DNA of 36,194 nt from assembly GCA_013373005.1 (NCBI GenBank), contig JABXIP010000175.1, positions 1 to 36,194 of the forward strand, given 5' to 3'. Positions 17,371 through 25,810 of the stretch are shown piece after piece (position 1 is the first letter of the stretch; the number at the start of each line of letters is the position of its first letter). Below the pieces are notes generated by a model. The model ran no database searches. It was not told the DNA's origin and saw nothing but the letters and a program-made list of their open reading frames with translations. A program made the position numbers and the translations under genes. The DNA is from Cytophagia bacterium (GTDB lineage: Bacteria > Bacteroidota > Bacteroidia > Cytophagales > Cyclobacteriaceae).

Positions 17371-18114
17371 ATGCGCTTTTTTCTGGATGTTTCTTACAAT
17401 GGAGCGGCCTATCATGGATGGCAAAGGCAGGCCAATGCGCATACTGTTCAGGAAGAGATTGAGAATGGGCTTTCTAAGATTTTAGGAGCAGAAACTGCCA
17501 TCACGGGCAGTGGAAGAACAGACACCGGAGTTCATGCCAAAATGCAAATGGTGCATTTCGACACCGAAAAGGAAATGGAACCGGCTCAGATTCAGTACAA
17601 ACTCAATAGTATTTTACCTGATGATATTTCGGTGAATAACTGTCGACCTGTTCAGCCGGAGGCTCATGCTCGTTTCGATGCTCGGGAACGAGGATATCAT
17701 TACTTCATCAATCCCAATAAGAACCCTTTTTTGGTTGGAAAGAGCTATTATTTCAATCATCAGCTAGATGTGGATCTCATGAATGAAGCTGCAGAAAAGC
17801 TATTGGGCAGGCAGGATTTTGAGAGCTTTAGCAGGGTGAAAACAGAGGTGAACAATTTTATCTGCGAAATTTTTACCGCCAGATGGTATTGGGAGAACGA
17901 TCAGCTGATTTTTAACGTTAGGGCAAACAGGTTTTTACGCGGAATGGTTAGGGCATTGGTCGGAACCTTGTTGGAAGTGGGGCGCGGGAAACTTACTGTT
18001 GAAGAATTTGTTAGTATCATTGCTGCAAAAGACAGAACCAAAGCCGGTAGAGCGGTGCCACCTCACGGGTTGTATCTCAGTGAGGTAAACTATTCAGACG
18101 AGATTTACATATAG
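17371..18114 (+). CDS. truA: tRNA pseudouridine(38-40) synthase
   Basis: YHGWQRQ, GSGRTDTGVHA, HARFDA, FLRGMVR, PPHGLYL. Confidence 0.97.
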   Translation: MRFFLDVSYNGAAYHGWQRQANAHTVQEEIENGLSKILGAETAITGSGRTDTGVHAKMQMVHFDTEKEMEPAQIQYKLNSILPDDISVNNCRPVQPEAHARFDARERGYHYFINPNKNPFLVGKSYYFNHQLDVDLMNEAAEKLLGRQDFESFSRVKTEVNNFICEIFTARWYWENDQLIFNVRANRFLRGMVRALVGTLLEVGRGKLTVEEFVSIIAAKDRTKAGRAVPPHGLYLSEVNYSDEIYI

Positions 18115-18116
18115 CA

Positions 18117-19895
18117 TTGGAAAAGGAAAAAGTAAAAGCCAAGAGCGGTAATGTAGTGGATTTTAAAGTGTTGAAACGCTTGTTTCAATATGCCAGACCC
18201 TACATGAAGCAATTCTATCTACTGGTGTTCCTGACCATATTTTTGGCCATATTGATGCCAATTAGGCCTGTTCTGGTTCAAAAGGCCATTGATGAATATG
18301 TGCCCAATGGAGATTACGATGGTCTTGTGCTAATGATCACCATACTCATAGGTCATCTCATTGTTTTAGCTGTTGTCCAATACTCTCACACTTATCTTTC
18401 CGGTTGGGTTGGGCAGACCATCATTAAAGACATTAGAACCAAGCTCTTTAATCACCTAATTAGGCTAAAGCTGAAATTCTTCGATCAGACACCTATTGGC
18501 AGACTGGTTACCAGAAATGTATCTGATATTGAAACGCTTTCCAATGTATTCAGTGAAGGGATAGCAGCGCTTATCGGTGACTTGCTTCAGCTGGTTTTCC
18601 TAATGGGCTTTATGTTCTACCTGGACTGGAAGTTGACTCTGGTGAGCCTTTCAACTTTGCCTCTTCTTATCTTCAGTACTTATGTGTTCAAGGAGAAGAT
18701 CAAGGTTACCTTCAATGAGGTGAGAAATGCCGTTTCCAACCTCAATTCCTTTGTTCAGGAACATGTTACCGGTATGAACATCGTGCAGATTTTCAATGCC
18801 GAAAAGCGCGAAATGGATAAGTTCAAGGAGATTAACCGAGAGCATCGGAAGGCTCATATTAGATCTGTATTGTACTATTCCATCTATTTCCCAGTTGCAG
18901 AAATTATTCAGGCCATTGCCATAGGTATGGCAGTGTGGTATGGTGCCCGAGGCATATTGGTAAATACGAGTGCCGGGCCGGGTGTAATCATCGCCTTTAT
19001 CATGTACATCCAGATGTTCTTCCGTCCGATCAGAATGATTGCCGATAGGTTCAATACCCTACAGATGGGAATTGTAAGCTCCAACAGAATATTCGACCTT
19101 CTCGACAATAATGAGCATATGAGCGATGAAGGAGATTATGCTCCTGAGGAGATTCGTGGTGACGTTGAGTTCAACAAAGTGTGGTTTGCCTATAACGATG
19201 AAGACTATGTATTGAAGGACATTTCTTTTAAGGTTAAGGAAGGTGAAACCATTGCACTGGTAGGGGCCACAGGGGCTGGTAAATCTTCCGTTATCAATTT
19301 GCTTTCCAGGTTCTATGAGATCAACAAAGGGGAGATTTTGGTTGATGGTGTGAACCTGCATGAATACGAGTTGAGTGCCTTGAGGAGGCATATTGGTGTA
19401 GTTCAGCAAGATGTGTTCTTGTATTCCGATACCATTAGGCACAACATCACTTTGGGCAACCCTGATATTTCTGATGAAAAAATTGCTCAGGCAGCAGACA
19501 TTGTTGGTGTGAAAAAGATCATTGATCGTCTGCCTGGCGGCTATGACTACAATGTAATGGAGCGTGGCTCAACTCTTTCCGTTGGTCAGCGTCAGCTAAT
19601 CTCATTTGTAAGAGCCATGGTTTACGATCCGAAAATCATCGTGCTGGATGAAGCGACTTCATCGGTAGATACAGAAACTGAGGAGATGATTCAGAAGGCT
19701 ATTGAAGTACTGATGAAGGGCAGAACCTCCATTGTGATTGCTCACAGGCTTTCAACCATTCAGGGAGCTGATAAGATTATTGTACTCGACAAAGGAGAAA
19801 TTAAGGAAGTAGGAACGCATCAGGAATTGCTTGAAAAGGACGGATTCTACTCCAAACTGTATAACATGCAATACAAAGAAGTAGCTGCAATATGA
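18117..19895 (+). CDS. ABC exporter, fused permease/ATPase (MdlB/MsbA-like); TTG start
   Basis: Hydrophobic TM domain, Walker A GATGAGKS, signature LSVGQRQ, LDEATSSVD, IAHRLST. Confidence 0.93.
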   Translation: MEKEKVKAKSGNVVDFKVLKRLFQYARPYMKQFYLLVFLTIFLAILMPIRPVLVQKAIDEYVPNGDYDGLVLMITILIGHLIVLAVVQYSHTYLSGWVGQTIIKDIRTKLFNHLIRLKLKFFDQTPIGRLVTRNVSDIETLSNVFSEGIAALIGDLLQLVFLMGFMFYLDWKLTLVSLSTLPLLIFSTYVFKEKIKVTFNEVRNAVSNLNSFVQEHVTGMNIVQIFNAEKREMDKFKEINREHRKAHIRSVLYYSIYFPVAEIIQAIAIGMAVWYGARGILVNTSAGPGVIIAFIMYIQMFFRPIRMIADRFNTLQMGIVSSNRIFDLLDNNEHMSDEGDYAPEEIRGDVEFNKVWFAYNDEDYVLKDISFKVKEGETIALVGATGAGKSSVINLLSRFYEINKGEILVDGVNLHEYELSALRRHIGVVQQDVFLYSDTIRHNITLGNPDISDEKIAQAADIVGVKKIIDRLPGGYDYNVMERGSTLSVGQRQLISFVRAMVYDPKIIVLDEATSSVDTETEEMIQKAIEVLMKGRTSIVIAHRLSTIQGADKIIVLDKGEIKEVGTHQELLEKDGFYSKLYNMQYKEVAAI

Positions 19896-20416
19896 GTAAG
19901 AAGGGAAAAGTAATTGCTGGCCTGGTGGCCTTTGTATTTATTGTTGGTGCCTATTTTTATCTCGGTGGTTTGAACAAAGTGGAATACTCTGTCGAAAGAG
20001 TTTCTGACTATAATTTAGTAGGCGTACACTTTCAGGGAGAAGGTGATAGCAAAGAGATTGAAGAGGCCTTTTTTACGGCCAAGGAATATATCGAATCAGG
20101 TAAACTGAAGGGTGTTTTAACCCTTGTGCATTACAACGATACTACTTTGGCCGATGAAGAGCTGAAGATGTTCATAGGCATCAAACTGGAGACTGGTACA
20201 TCTGATTTGCCGGCTAACTATGAGAGGTTGACTATTCCTGCTTCCAATTCAGTACGAGCTCAAGTTGAGGCACATAATGTTGTGATGCCCAGCCCGACAA
20301 CTATTGAAGCAAGACTAAGAGAAACCGCAAAAGAAGCGAGGCTTGAGCTTCAAGATTTCACTATTGAACAGTACGTTTCCGAAAATCTACTGGTCATCGA
20401 TATGCCGGTTAAGTAG
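19892..20416 (+). CDS. Membrane-anchored GyrI-like small-molecule-binding domain protein
   Basis: N-terminal TM helix followed by an alpha/beta pattern ending in IEQY; ATGA-coupled to the ABC exporter. Fold call is tentative. Confidence 0.6.
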   Translation: MSKKGKVIAGLVAFVFIVGAYFYLGGLNKVEYSVERVSDYNLVGVHFQGEGDSKEIEEAFFTAKEYIESGKLKGVLTLVHYNDTTLADEELKMFIGIKLETGTSDLPANYERLTIPASNSVRAQVEAHNVVMPSPTTIEARLRETAKEARLELQDFTIEQYVSENLLVIDMPVK

Positions 20417-20490
20417 GGAATTGGTGAAGTGGGTGGTTAGTGAATTAGTCTGAGAAATCATCCAATCAACAAATTCCCTAGTTCCCCAAT
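20412..20490. repeat. Inverted pair of degenerate 8-mer tandem arrays between convergent genes
   Basis: agtaggga/attggtga/agtgggtg/gttagtga/attagtct on +; attgggga/actaggga/atttgttg/attggatg on -. Confidence 0.65.
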
Positions 20491-21008
20491 TTCCTATAGC
20501 TATGCGCCAGCATAGACAATACATTCCCAAAATGCTCGATTTTCTCCATGGTTTCATCGGGAATTTCTTTGCCATTCATTCTGGCCAATAGTAATCCGAA
20601 AACCCCATTGAGGCAAGCTTGTACAGGGTTGTTAACCAATCCCTCAGAAGCTTGAATGCTTTCTCTAATGGCAGGTCTGGCTGCATTGAATATGGCTCCG
20701 TAATCCTCATCTTCAACTAGAAGCTTCATGCTTAAATCCGAGAGTTTCTGCACTTCATCCTGAACGTAAGAAAGGTGACCTTCCTTTTCAAGCCCCTCAG
20801 ACTTCATCTGTCCAATTACTTCTGTATACCATTTGAGCTCCTCTTCTCTTTTCTCCTCACTCATTTTTTCATCAGGAATATTCCCGAAAACATGGATTTT
20901 GATTTTCTCAATATCGAAATCAAAATTTCTGATGAGCATTTCGGACTGATAAATATAAATGATGTACTCAGATATATTCTCCTGCTTTTTCTTATCGGCC
21001 AATAACAT
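20478..21008 (-). CDS. DUF4924-family protein
   Basis: KKQENISEYIIYIYQSE...IR, M..EG...EGHL, CLNGVFGLLL pattern of this Bacteroidota family; TATTTTTG promoter element at 21014-21021. Confidence 0.8.
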   Translation of the reverse strand: MLLADKKKQENISEYIIYIYQSEMLIRNFDFDIEKIKIHVFGNIPDEKMSEEKREEELKWYTEVIGQMKSEGLEKEGHLSYVQDEVQKLSDLSMKLLVEDEDYGAIFNAARPAIRESIQASEGLVNNPVQACLNGVFGLLLARMNGKEIPDETMEKIEHFGNVLSMLAHSYRKLGN

Positions 21009-21026
21009 GGTTGCAAAAATAGTCGA

Positions 21027-22229
21027 TCAATTCTTTAGGCCAACAATCATCACCACAGGATTGTCATCGGGCTTCATATCACCTAGTTTTTTGAGGTTGG
21101 CAGGGAGTTGTGCTGCCTTTTCGGGATTTTCTTTAAACCAGGCTAGCACATCTGGCGCCTCAATGTAGCCAACCAACTGATTATTGTCGGTTGCATATTG
21201 TGGTACAAATGGCAGGAAGTTATCGAGGTCGTTTACAAAGCCATGCATTTCGGTACGGCCAATATCAGACAACATTGTTTCGCCACTTTCTCTGTTGAAA
21301 ACGCCATTGAAGGTTTGGCCCTGGGTTCTCAGCTGGAAGAAGATGTTTTGCTCAGTTACATCGAGTAGACGTGTCTCAAAGAGCTCCAGTTTGGACTCGG
21401 GTGTAGTATTGGTTAGCCTTTCTTGATAGGGGATTCCCTTGCTGCCTAAGTCGAAGACGGCTTCGGGTTTTAAATCCATATTCACTATTTGAAATAGAGT
21501 GTCATTATAAGTCTCTTTAAAGAAGGTTTGGTTTTTAGATTTTGAAAAAACACCCTCATTAAAAAATATGTAGAACGAATTTGGATTTTCAATCAGACAA
21601 GTCTCATGATTATAGATGAGCTTTAATTCTTCTCCGCTCTCATTAAAGAAGACCAACTTGTATTTTTGGTTGCAGTTGTAATTGCCATGAAAACCAACAA
21701 AAGTAGAATCATTAACTTGTGCAAACCCCATAACCAAAGTGCTATCGCTTGAAGGCGTTATCAAAGTGTTTTTAATCTCACCATTAACATTTAATGCCAT
21801 GTGCTTCCCATTACTAGCATTTACATAAGTGTAGCCTGTACTTTCATTAAAATATCTGTCTACTTGCATATACTCGTCTGGTCCTTCACCACGAGTCCCA
21901 ACTTTTCTTAGGAAGCTGCCAGATGCTTTATTAAATGCCAAAACCTGTTGGTGTGCACTAACAATGATATTTTCATCTGTAACTTGAAAGTCTGGATTTC
22001 TGGCAATCAGCGATTCTTCAATTGTTTCTAATGGAACATACTCAATAGACTCAGCAAAGGCACTGAGTGAAACTTCAGTGCGATTATCATAGGCTTCAAC
22101 CAAATCAATGGTTGCCAGACCAGGGCCTTTAACTTTTTTTTCGGTGCCAGAATTACAAGAAGAGAATAAGAGAAGTATTGCGAAAGTGCCTGTTAAGGCG
22201 GTCTGTGTGTAGAGATTATGTTTTTTCAT
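21027..22229 (-). CDS. 6-bladed beta-propeller lipoprotein (DUF4934-like)
   Basis: Lipobox LFSSC, IEYVPLET, GTRGEGPDEY, NDLD...F.P, DDNPVVMIV. Likely start MKKHNL at 22229. Confidence 0.8.
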   Translation of the reverse strand: MKKHNLYTQTALTGTFAILLLFSSCNSGTEKKVKGPGLATIDLVEAYDNRTEVSLSAFAESIEYVPLETIEESLIARNPDFQVTDENIIVSAHQQVLAFNKASGSFLRKVGTRGEGPDEYMQVDRYFNESTGYTYVNASNGKHMALNVNGEIKNTLITPSSDSTLVMGFAQVNDSTFVGFHGNYNCNQKYKLVFFNESGEELKLIYNHETCLIENPNSFYIFFNEGVFSKSKNQTFFKETYNDTLFQIVNMDLKPEAVFDLGSKGIPYQERLTNTTPESKLELFETRLLDVTEQNIFFQLRTQGQTFNGVFNRESGETMLSDIGRTEMHGFVNDLDNFLPFVPQYATDNNQLVGYIEAPDVLAWFKENPEKAAQLPANLKKLGDMKPDDNPVVMIVGLKN

Positions 22230-22339
22230 TGGTTTTGGTTGATGGGGATAATGAAGGGTATTCAATATCAAACAATTAAGTTATTCCCTTAGTACAAATA
22301 TTGCACCAAACAAGAGAATTGAATTGCATCACTTTTTTC

Positions 22340-22347
22340 TATTTTTG
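22340..22347 (+). promoter_or_regulatory. Bacteroidota -7 promoter element for lepA
   Basis: TATTTTTG, 18 nt before the ATG. Confidence 0.6.
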
Positions 22348-22365
22348 CGGTTCGTTTAGAGGTAT

Positions 22366-24153
22366 ATGGAGAGAATTCGGAATTTCTGCATCATTGCGCA
22401 CATTGACCATGGTAAAAGTACTTTGGCTGACAGACTACTTCAGCACACTGGAACTGTGACCGATCGTGAGATGCAAGATCAGCTGTTGGATGATATGGAT
22501 TTGGAGCGTGAGCGTGGTATTACTATCAAGTCGCACGCCATCCAAATGAATTATAAATATAAAGGTGAGGAGTATATTCTCAATCTAATTGACACTCCCG
22601 GTCACGTTGACTTTTCTTATGAAGTGTCTCGTTCCATTGCGGCTTGTGAGGGTGCCCTGCTTATTGTAGATGCTTCTCAAGGAGTGGAAGCACAAACCAT
22701 TTCCAATCTTTATTTGGCTCTTGAGCATGACTTGGAGATCATTCCGGTGCTAAACAAAATAGATCTGCCAGGTGCAATGCCTGAGGAGATGAGCGATCAG
22801 GTGATTGAGCTTTTGGGTTGCGATAAGGAAGATATTATTCTGGCAAGCGGTAAAACCGGTATCGGAATTGATGAAATTCTTGAGGCGATTGTAGAAAAAA
22901 TCCCTGCTCCACAAGGAGATCCTGAAGAACCACTTCAGGCCATGATCTTCGATTCTGTTTTCAACTCTTACAGAGGAATTGAAGTAATCTTCCGTGTTTT
23001 CAACGGAAGTATTAAAAAAGGAGATAAGGTAAAGTTCGTGAATACGGGCAAAACCTATGATGCCGATGAAATTGGTGTTCTCAAGTTAAAGCAGTCTCCT
23101 CAACAAGAAATTAAGGCCGGAAATGTTGGTTATCTAATCTCTGGAATTAAGGTGGCCAAAGAGGTGAAGGTGGGTGATACCATCACTCACATGGATAGGC
23201 CTACGCAAAGAATGGTAAAGGGCTTTGAAGATGTGAAGCCGATGGTGTTTGCCGGTATCTACCCGGTAGATACTCAGGACTTCGAAGAGCTGAGAGCCTC
23301 TATGGAGAAGCTTCAACTGAATGACGCATCACTTGTTTGGGAACCTGAAACTTCAGCCGCACTTGGCTTTGGTTTCCGTTGTGGATTCCTCGGTATGCTT
23401 CATCTGGAAATTGTGCAGGAACGTCTCGAAAGAGAGTTCGATATGACCGTAATTACTACGGTGCCTTCGGTACAGTTTCATGCCATTATGAATGATGGCT
23501 CTGTAAAGAAAATCAATGCCCCTTCAGAAATGCCTGAGGCAAACGCCATGGCTCATATGGAGGAACCTATTATTCGTGCTCAGATCATTTCTAAAGCAGA
23601 ATATGTCGGTGGAATTATGGGGCTTTGCATGGACAAAAGAGGTGTTCTTAAGAATCAGGTTTACCTGACTTCAGATAGAGTTGAACTGACTTTTGAAATG
23701 CCTTTGGCAGAGATTGTATTCGATTTCTTCGATAAACTAAAAACCATTTCAAGAGGGTATGCTTCTCTAGACTATGAACTGATCGGTTTCAAACAGTCTA
23801 ATCTGGTGAAGCTTGATATTCAATTGAACGGAGATAAGGTAGATGCACTATCTGCCATAGTTCATAGAGATAAGGCTTACGAGTGGGGTAAGAGACTTTG
23901 CGAAAAGCTGAAAGAGCTAATTCCACGACAGATGTTTGAGATTGCTGTTCAGGCATCCATTGGAACAAAAATCATTGCCAGAGAAACCGTGAAAGCCTTG
24001 CGTAAAAACGTGTTGGCCAAATGTTACGGTGGCGATATTTCTCGTAAGCGTAAGCTTTTGGAGAAACAGAAAAAGGGTAAGAAAAGAATGCGTCAGGTAG
24101 GTAATGTGGAGATTCCGCAAGAGGCCTTTATGGCGGTACTAAAACTGGATTAA
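22366..24153 (+). CDS. lepA: Translation elongation factor 4
   Basis: [63 protein letters not shown]. Confidence 0.99.
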   Translation: MERIRNFCIIAHIDHGKSTLADRLLQHTGTVTDREMQDQLLDDMDLERERGITIKSHAIQMNYKYKGEEYILNLIDTPGHVDFSYEVSRSIAACEGALLIVDASQGVEAQTISNLYLALEHDLEIIPVLNKIDLPGAMPEEMSDQVIELLGCDKEDIILASGKTGIGIDEILEAIVEKIPAPQGDPEEPLQAMIFDSVFNSYRGIEVIFRVFNGSIKKGDKVKFVNTGKTYDADEIGVLKLKQSPQQEIKAGNVGYLISGIKVAKEVKVGDTITHMDRPTQRMVKGFEDVKPMVFAGIYPVDTQDFEELRASMEKLQLNDASLVWEPETSAALGFGFRCGFLGMLHLEIVQERLEREFDMTVITTVPSVQFHAIMNDGSVKKINAPSEMPEANAMAHMEEPIIRAQIISKAEYVGGIMGLCMDKRGVLKNQVYLTSDRVELTFEMPLAEIVFDFFDKLKTISRGYASLDYELIGFKQSNLVKLDIQLNGDKVDALSAIVHRDKAYEWGKRLCEKLKELIPRQMFEIAVQASIGTKIIARETVKALRKNVLAKCYGGDISRKRKLLEKQKKGKKRMRQVGNVEIPQEAFMAVLKLD

Positions 24154-24154
24154 T

Positions 24155-25036
24155 ATGAGCTATCAATTGCTTGATGGGAAAGCAACGGCCCAATCGATAA
24201 AAGATGAACTAGCCGGAAAAGTAAGTGAAATCAAGTCTAAAGGAGGCAAAGTGCCACATCTTGCTGCCGTATTGGTAGGAGAAGATGGTGCTAGTAAAAC
24301 TTATGTAAATGCCAAGGTGAAAGCCTGTGAGGCGATTGGTTTCGGATCTACCCTAATTCATTTGCCTGAAGATACTTCCGAAGAGGAAGTGATGGCAACC
24401 GTAGACAGGTTGAACAACGATCCGGAGATTGACGGTTTTATTGTTCAGGTTCCTCTACCTAAGCAAATAGATGAGCAAAAGGTAGTGGAGGCCATTCTTC
24501 CTGAGAAAGATGTTGATGGTTTCCATCCATCTAACCTGGGTAAAATGTTGCTCGATCTTCCAACACTTCTTCCTGCCACACCTAAAGGAATGATGTTGTT
24601 AATGGAAAGAAACGGTATCGATACTTCGGGTAAACATTGCGTAGTGATTGGCAGAAGTCATACCGTAGGAACACCTATTAGTGTCTTGATGTCAAGAAAC
24701 TCAAACCCTGGGAATGCAACGGTAACGCTTTGTCACAGCAGAACTCAGAACTTAGCAGAGATAACCAGACAAGCAGATATTCTGATTGTAGCTATTGGTA
24801 GGGAAGGATTTGTTACCGCAGATATGGTAAAAGAAGGAGCTGTGGTGATTGATGTAGGAATACACCGAGTTCCGTCAACAGAGACCAAGTCCGGATTTAA
24901 GTTAAAAGGAGATGTTAGGTTTGATGAGGTAGCGCCAAAATGCAGCTACATTACACCAGTTCCAGGTGGAGTTGGACCAATGACCATTGCTTCATTGCTT
25001 TGGAATACCTACTTGGCCAACCAGAAATTAGTTTAA
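24155..25036 (+). CDS. folD: Bifunctional methylenetetrahydrofolate dehydrogenase/cyclohydrolase
   Basis: [44 protein letters not shown]. Confidence 0.98.
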   Translation: MSYQLLDGKATAQSIKDELAGKVSEIKSKGGKVPHLAAVLVGEDGASKTYVNAKVKACEAIGFGSTLIHLPEDTSEEEVMATVDRLNNDPEIDGFIVQVPLPKQIDEQKVVEAILPEKDVDGFHPSNLGKMLLDLPTLLPATPKGMMLLMERNGIDTSGKHCVVIGRSHTVGTPISVLMSRNSNPGNATVTLCHSRTQNLAEITRQADILIVAIGREGFVTADMVKEGAVVIDVGIHRVPSTETKSGFKLKGDVRFDEVAPKCSYITPVPGGVGPMTIASLLWNTYLANQKLV

Positions 25037-25054
25037 CACATATTCCTCGATTGT

Positions 25055-25121
25055 CGTCATTCCCGCGTAGGCGGGAATCTCCTAAATGGATAGGATATCC
25101 CCGATCAGGCCATGGATGACG
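25055..25121. repeat. CGTC-type REP-like palindromic dimer
   Basis: CGTC-ATTCCCGC-GTAG-GCGGGAAT perfect 8-bp hairpin, a spacer, then a degenerate inverted unit ending GATGACG. Confidence 0.8.
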
Positions 25122-25144
25122 TTTTAAAGGAAATTTGATATTGA

Positions 25145-25175
25145 AGCAGTTTCAACACCTGCTATAAAAAATTGA
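25145..25175 (+). promoter_or_regulatory. preQ1 class I riboswitch aptamer (compact variant)
   Basis: AGCAG-TTTCAACAC-CTGCT-ATAAAAAA-TTGA: 5-bp P1, loop starting TT and ending AC, ATAAAAAA tail, P2 pseudoknot TCAA/TTGA; directly upstream of queE. Confidence 0.8.
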
Positions 25176-25177
25176 TT

Positions 25178-25807
25178 ATGACAGAAAACAAACAAACAGC
25201 CGAACTCAACGGCAAGCTTCCGGTAATGGAAGCATTTTATACCATTCAGGGTGAGGGTCATTTCACCGGAAATTCAGCATACTTTATAAGACTTGGCGGC
25301 TGCGATGTTGGCTGCGTTTGGTGCGATGTAAAGGATAGTTGGGAAGCTGCAAAATGGCCGCTTCAAACCATTGAAGAAATTGTTGATGGTGCCAGGGAGC
25401 ACAAGAGTAAATTGGTGGTAGTTACTGGTGGAGAGCCTTTGATGTACAATCTCGATGAGCTGACAGATTCACTAAGGTCTTCAGGTTTTCACACCAATAT
25501 TGAAACTTCAGGCGCTCACCAATTATCAGGCACCTGGGATTGGCTCTGTTTCTCTCCAAAAAAGTTTATGAAACCCAGGTCGGAGTTTTATGATACGGCA
25601 GATGAACTGAAAGTCGTTATATACAACAAGAGCGATTTTAAGTGGGCTGAGGAACATGCAGAGAAGGTGAGACCAGAGTGTTTATTGTACCTTCAGCCGG
25701 AGTGGGACAAGTCAGAAAAGATGCTTCCACAAATAATTGAGTACGCAAAAGACAACCCTCGATGGAAAATATCGCTACAAACACATAAGTTTATGCAGAT
25801 TCCTTAA
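25178..25807 (+). CDS. queE: 7-carboxy-7-deazaguanine synthase (radical SAM, queuosine pathway)
   Basis: FYTIQGEG, CDVGCVWCD (CX3CX2C), VTGGEP, IETSG, SPK, LQPE, SLQTHK. ATG 25178 preferred over the in-frame TTG 25172. Confidence 0.95.
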   Translation: MTENKQTAELNGKLPVMEAFYTIQGEGHFTGNSAYFIRLGGCDVGCVWCDVKDSWEAAKWPLQTIEEIVDGAREHKSKLVVVTGGEPLMYNLDELTDSLRSSGFHTNIETSGAHQLSGTWDWLCFSPKKFMKPRSEFYDTADELKVVIYNKSDFKWAEEHAEKVRPECLLYLQPEWDKSEKMLPQIIEYAKDNPRWKISLQTHKFMQIP

Positions 25808-25810
25808 AGC

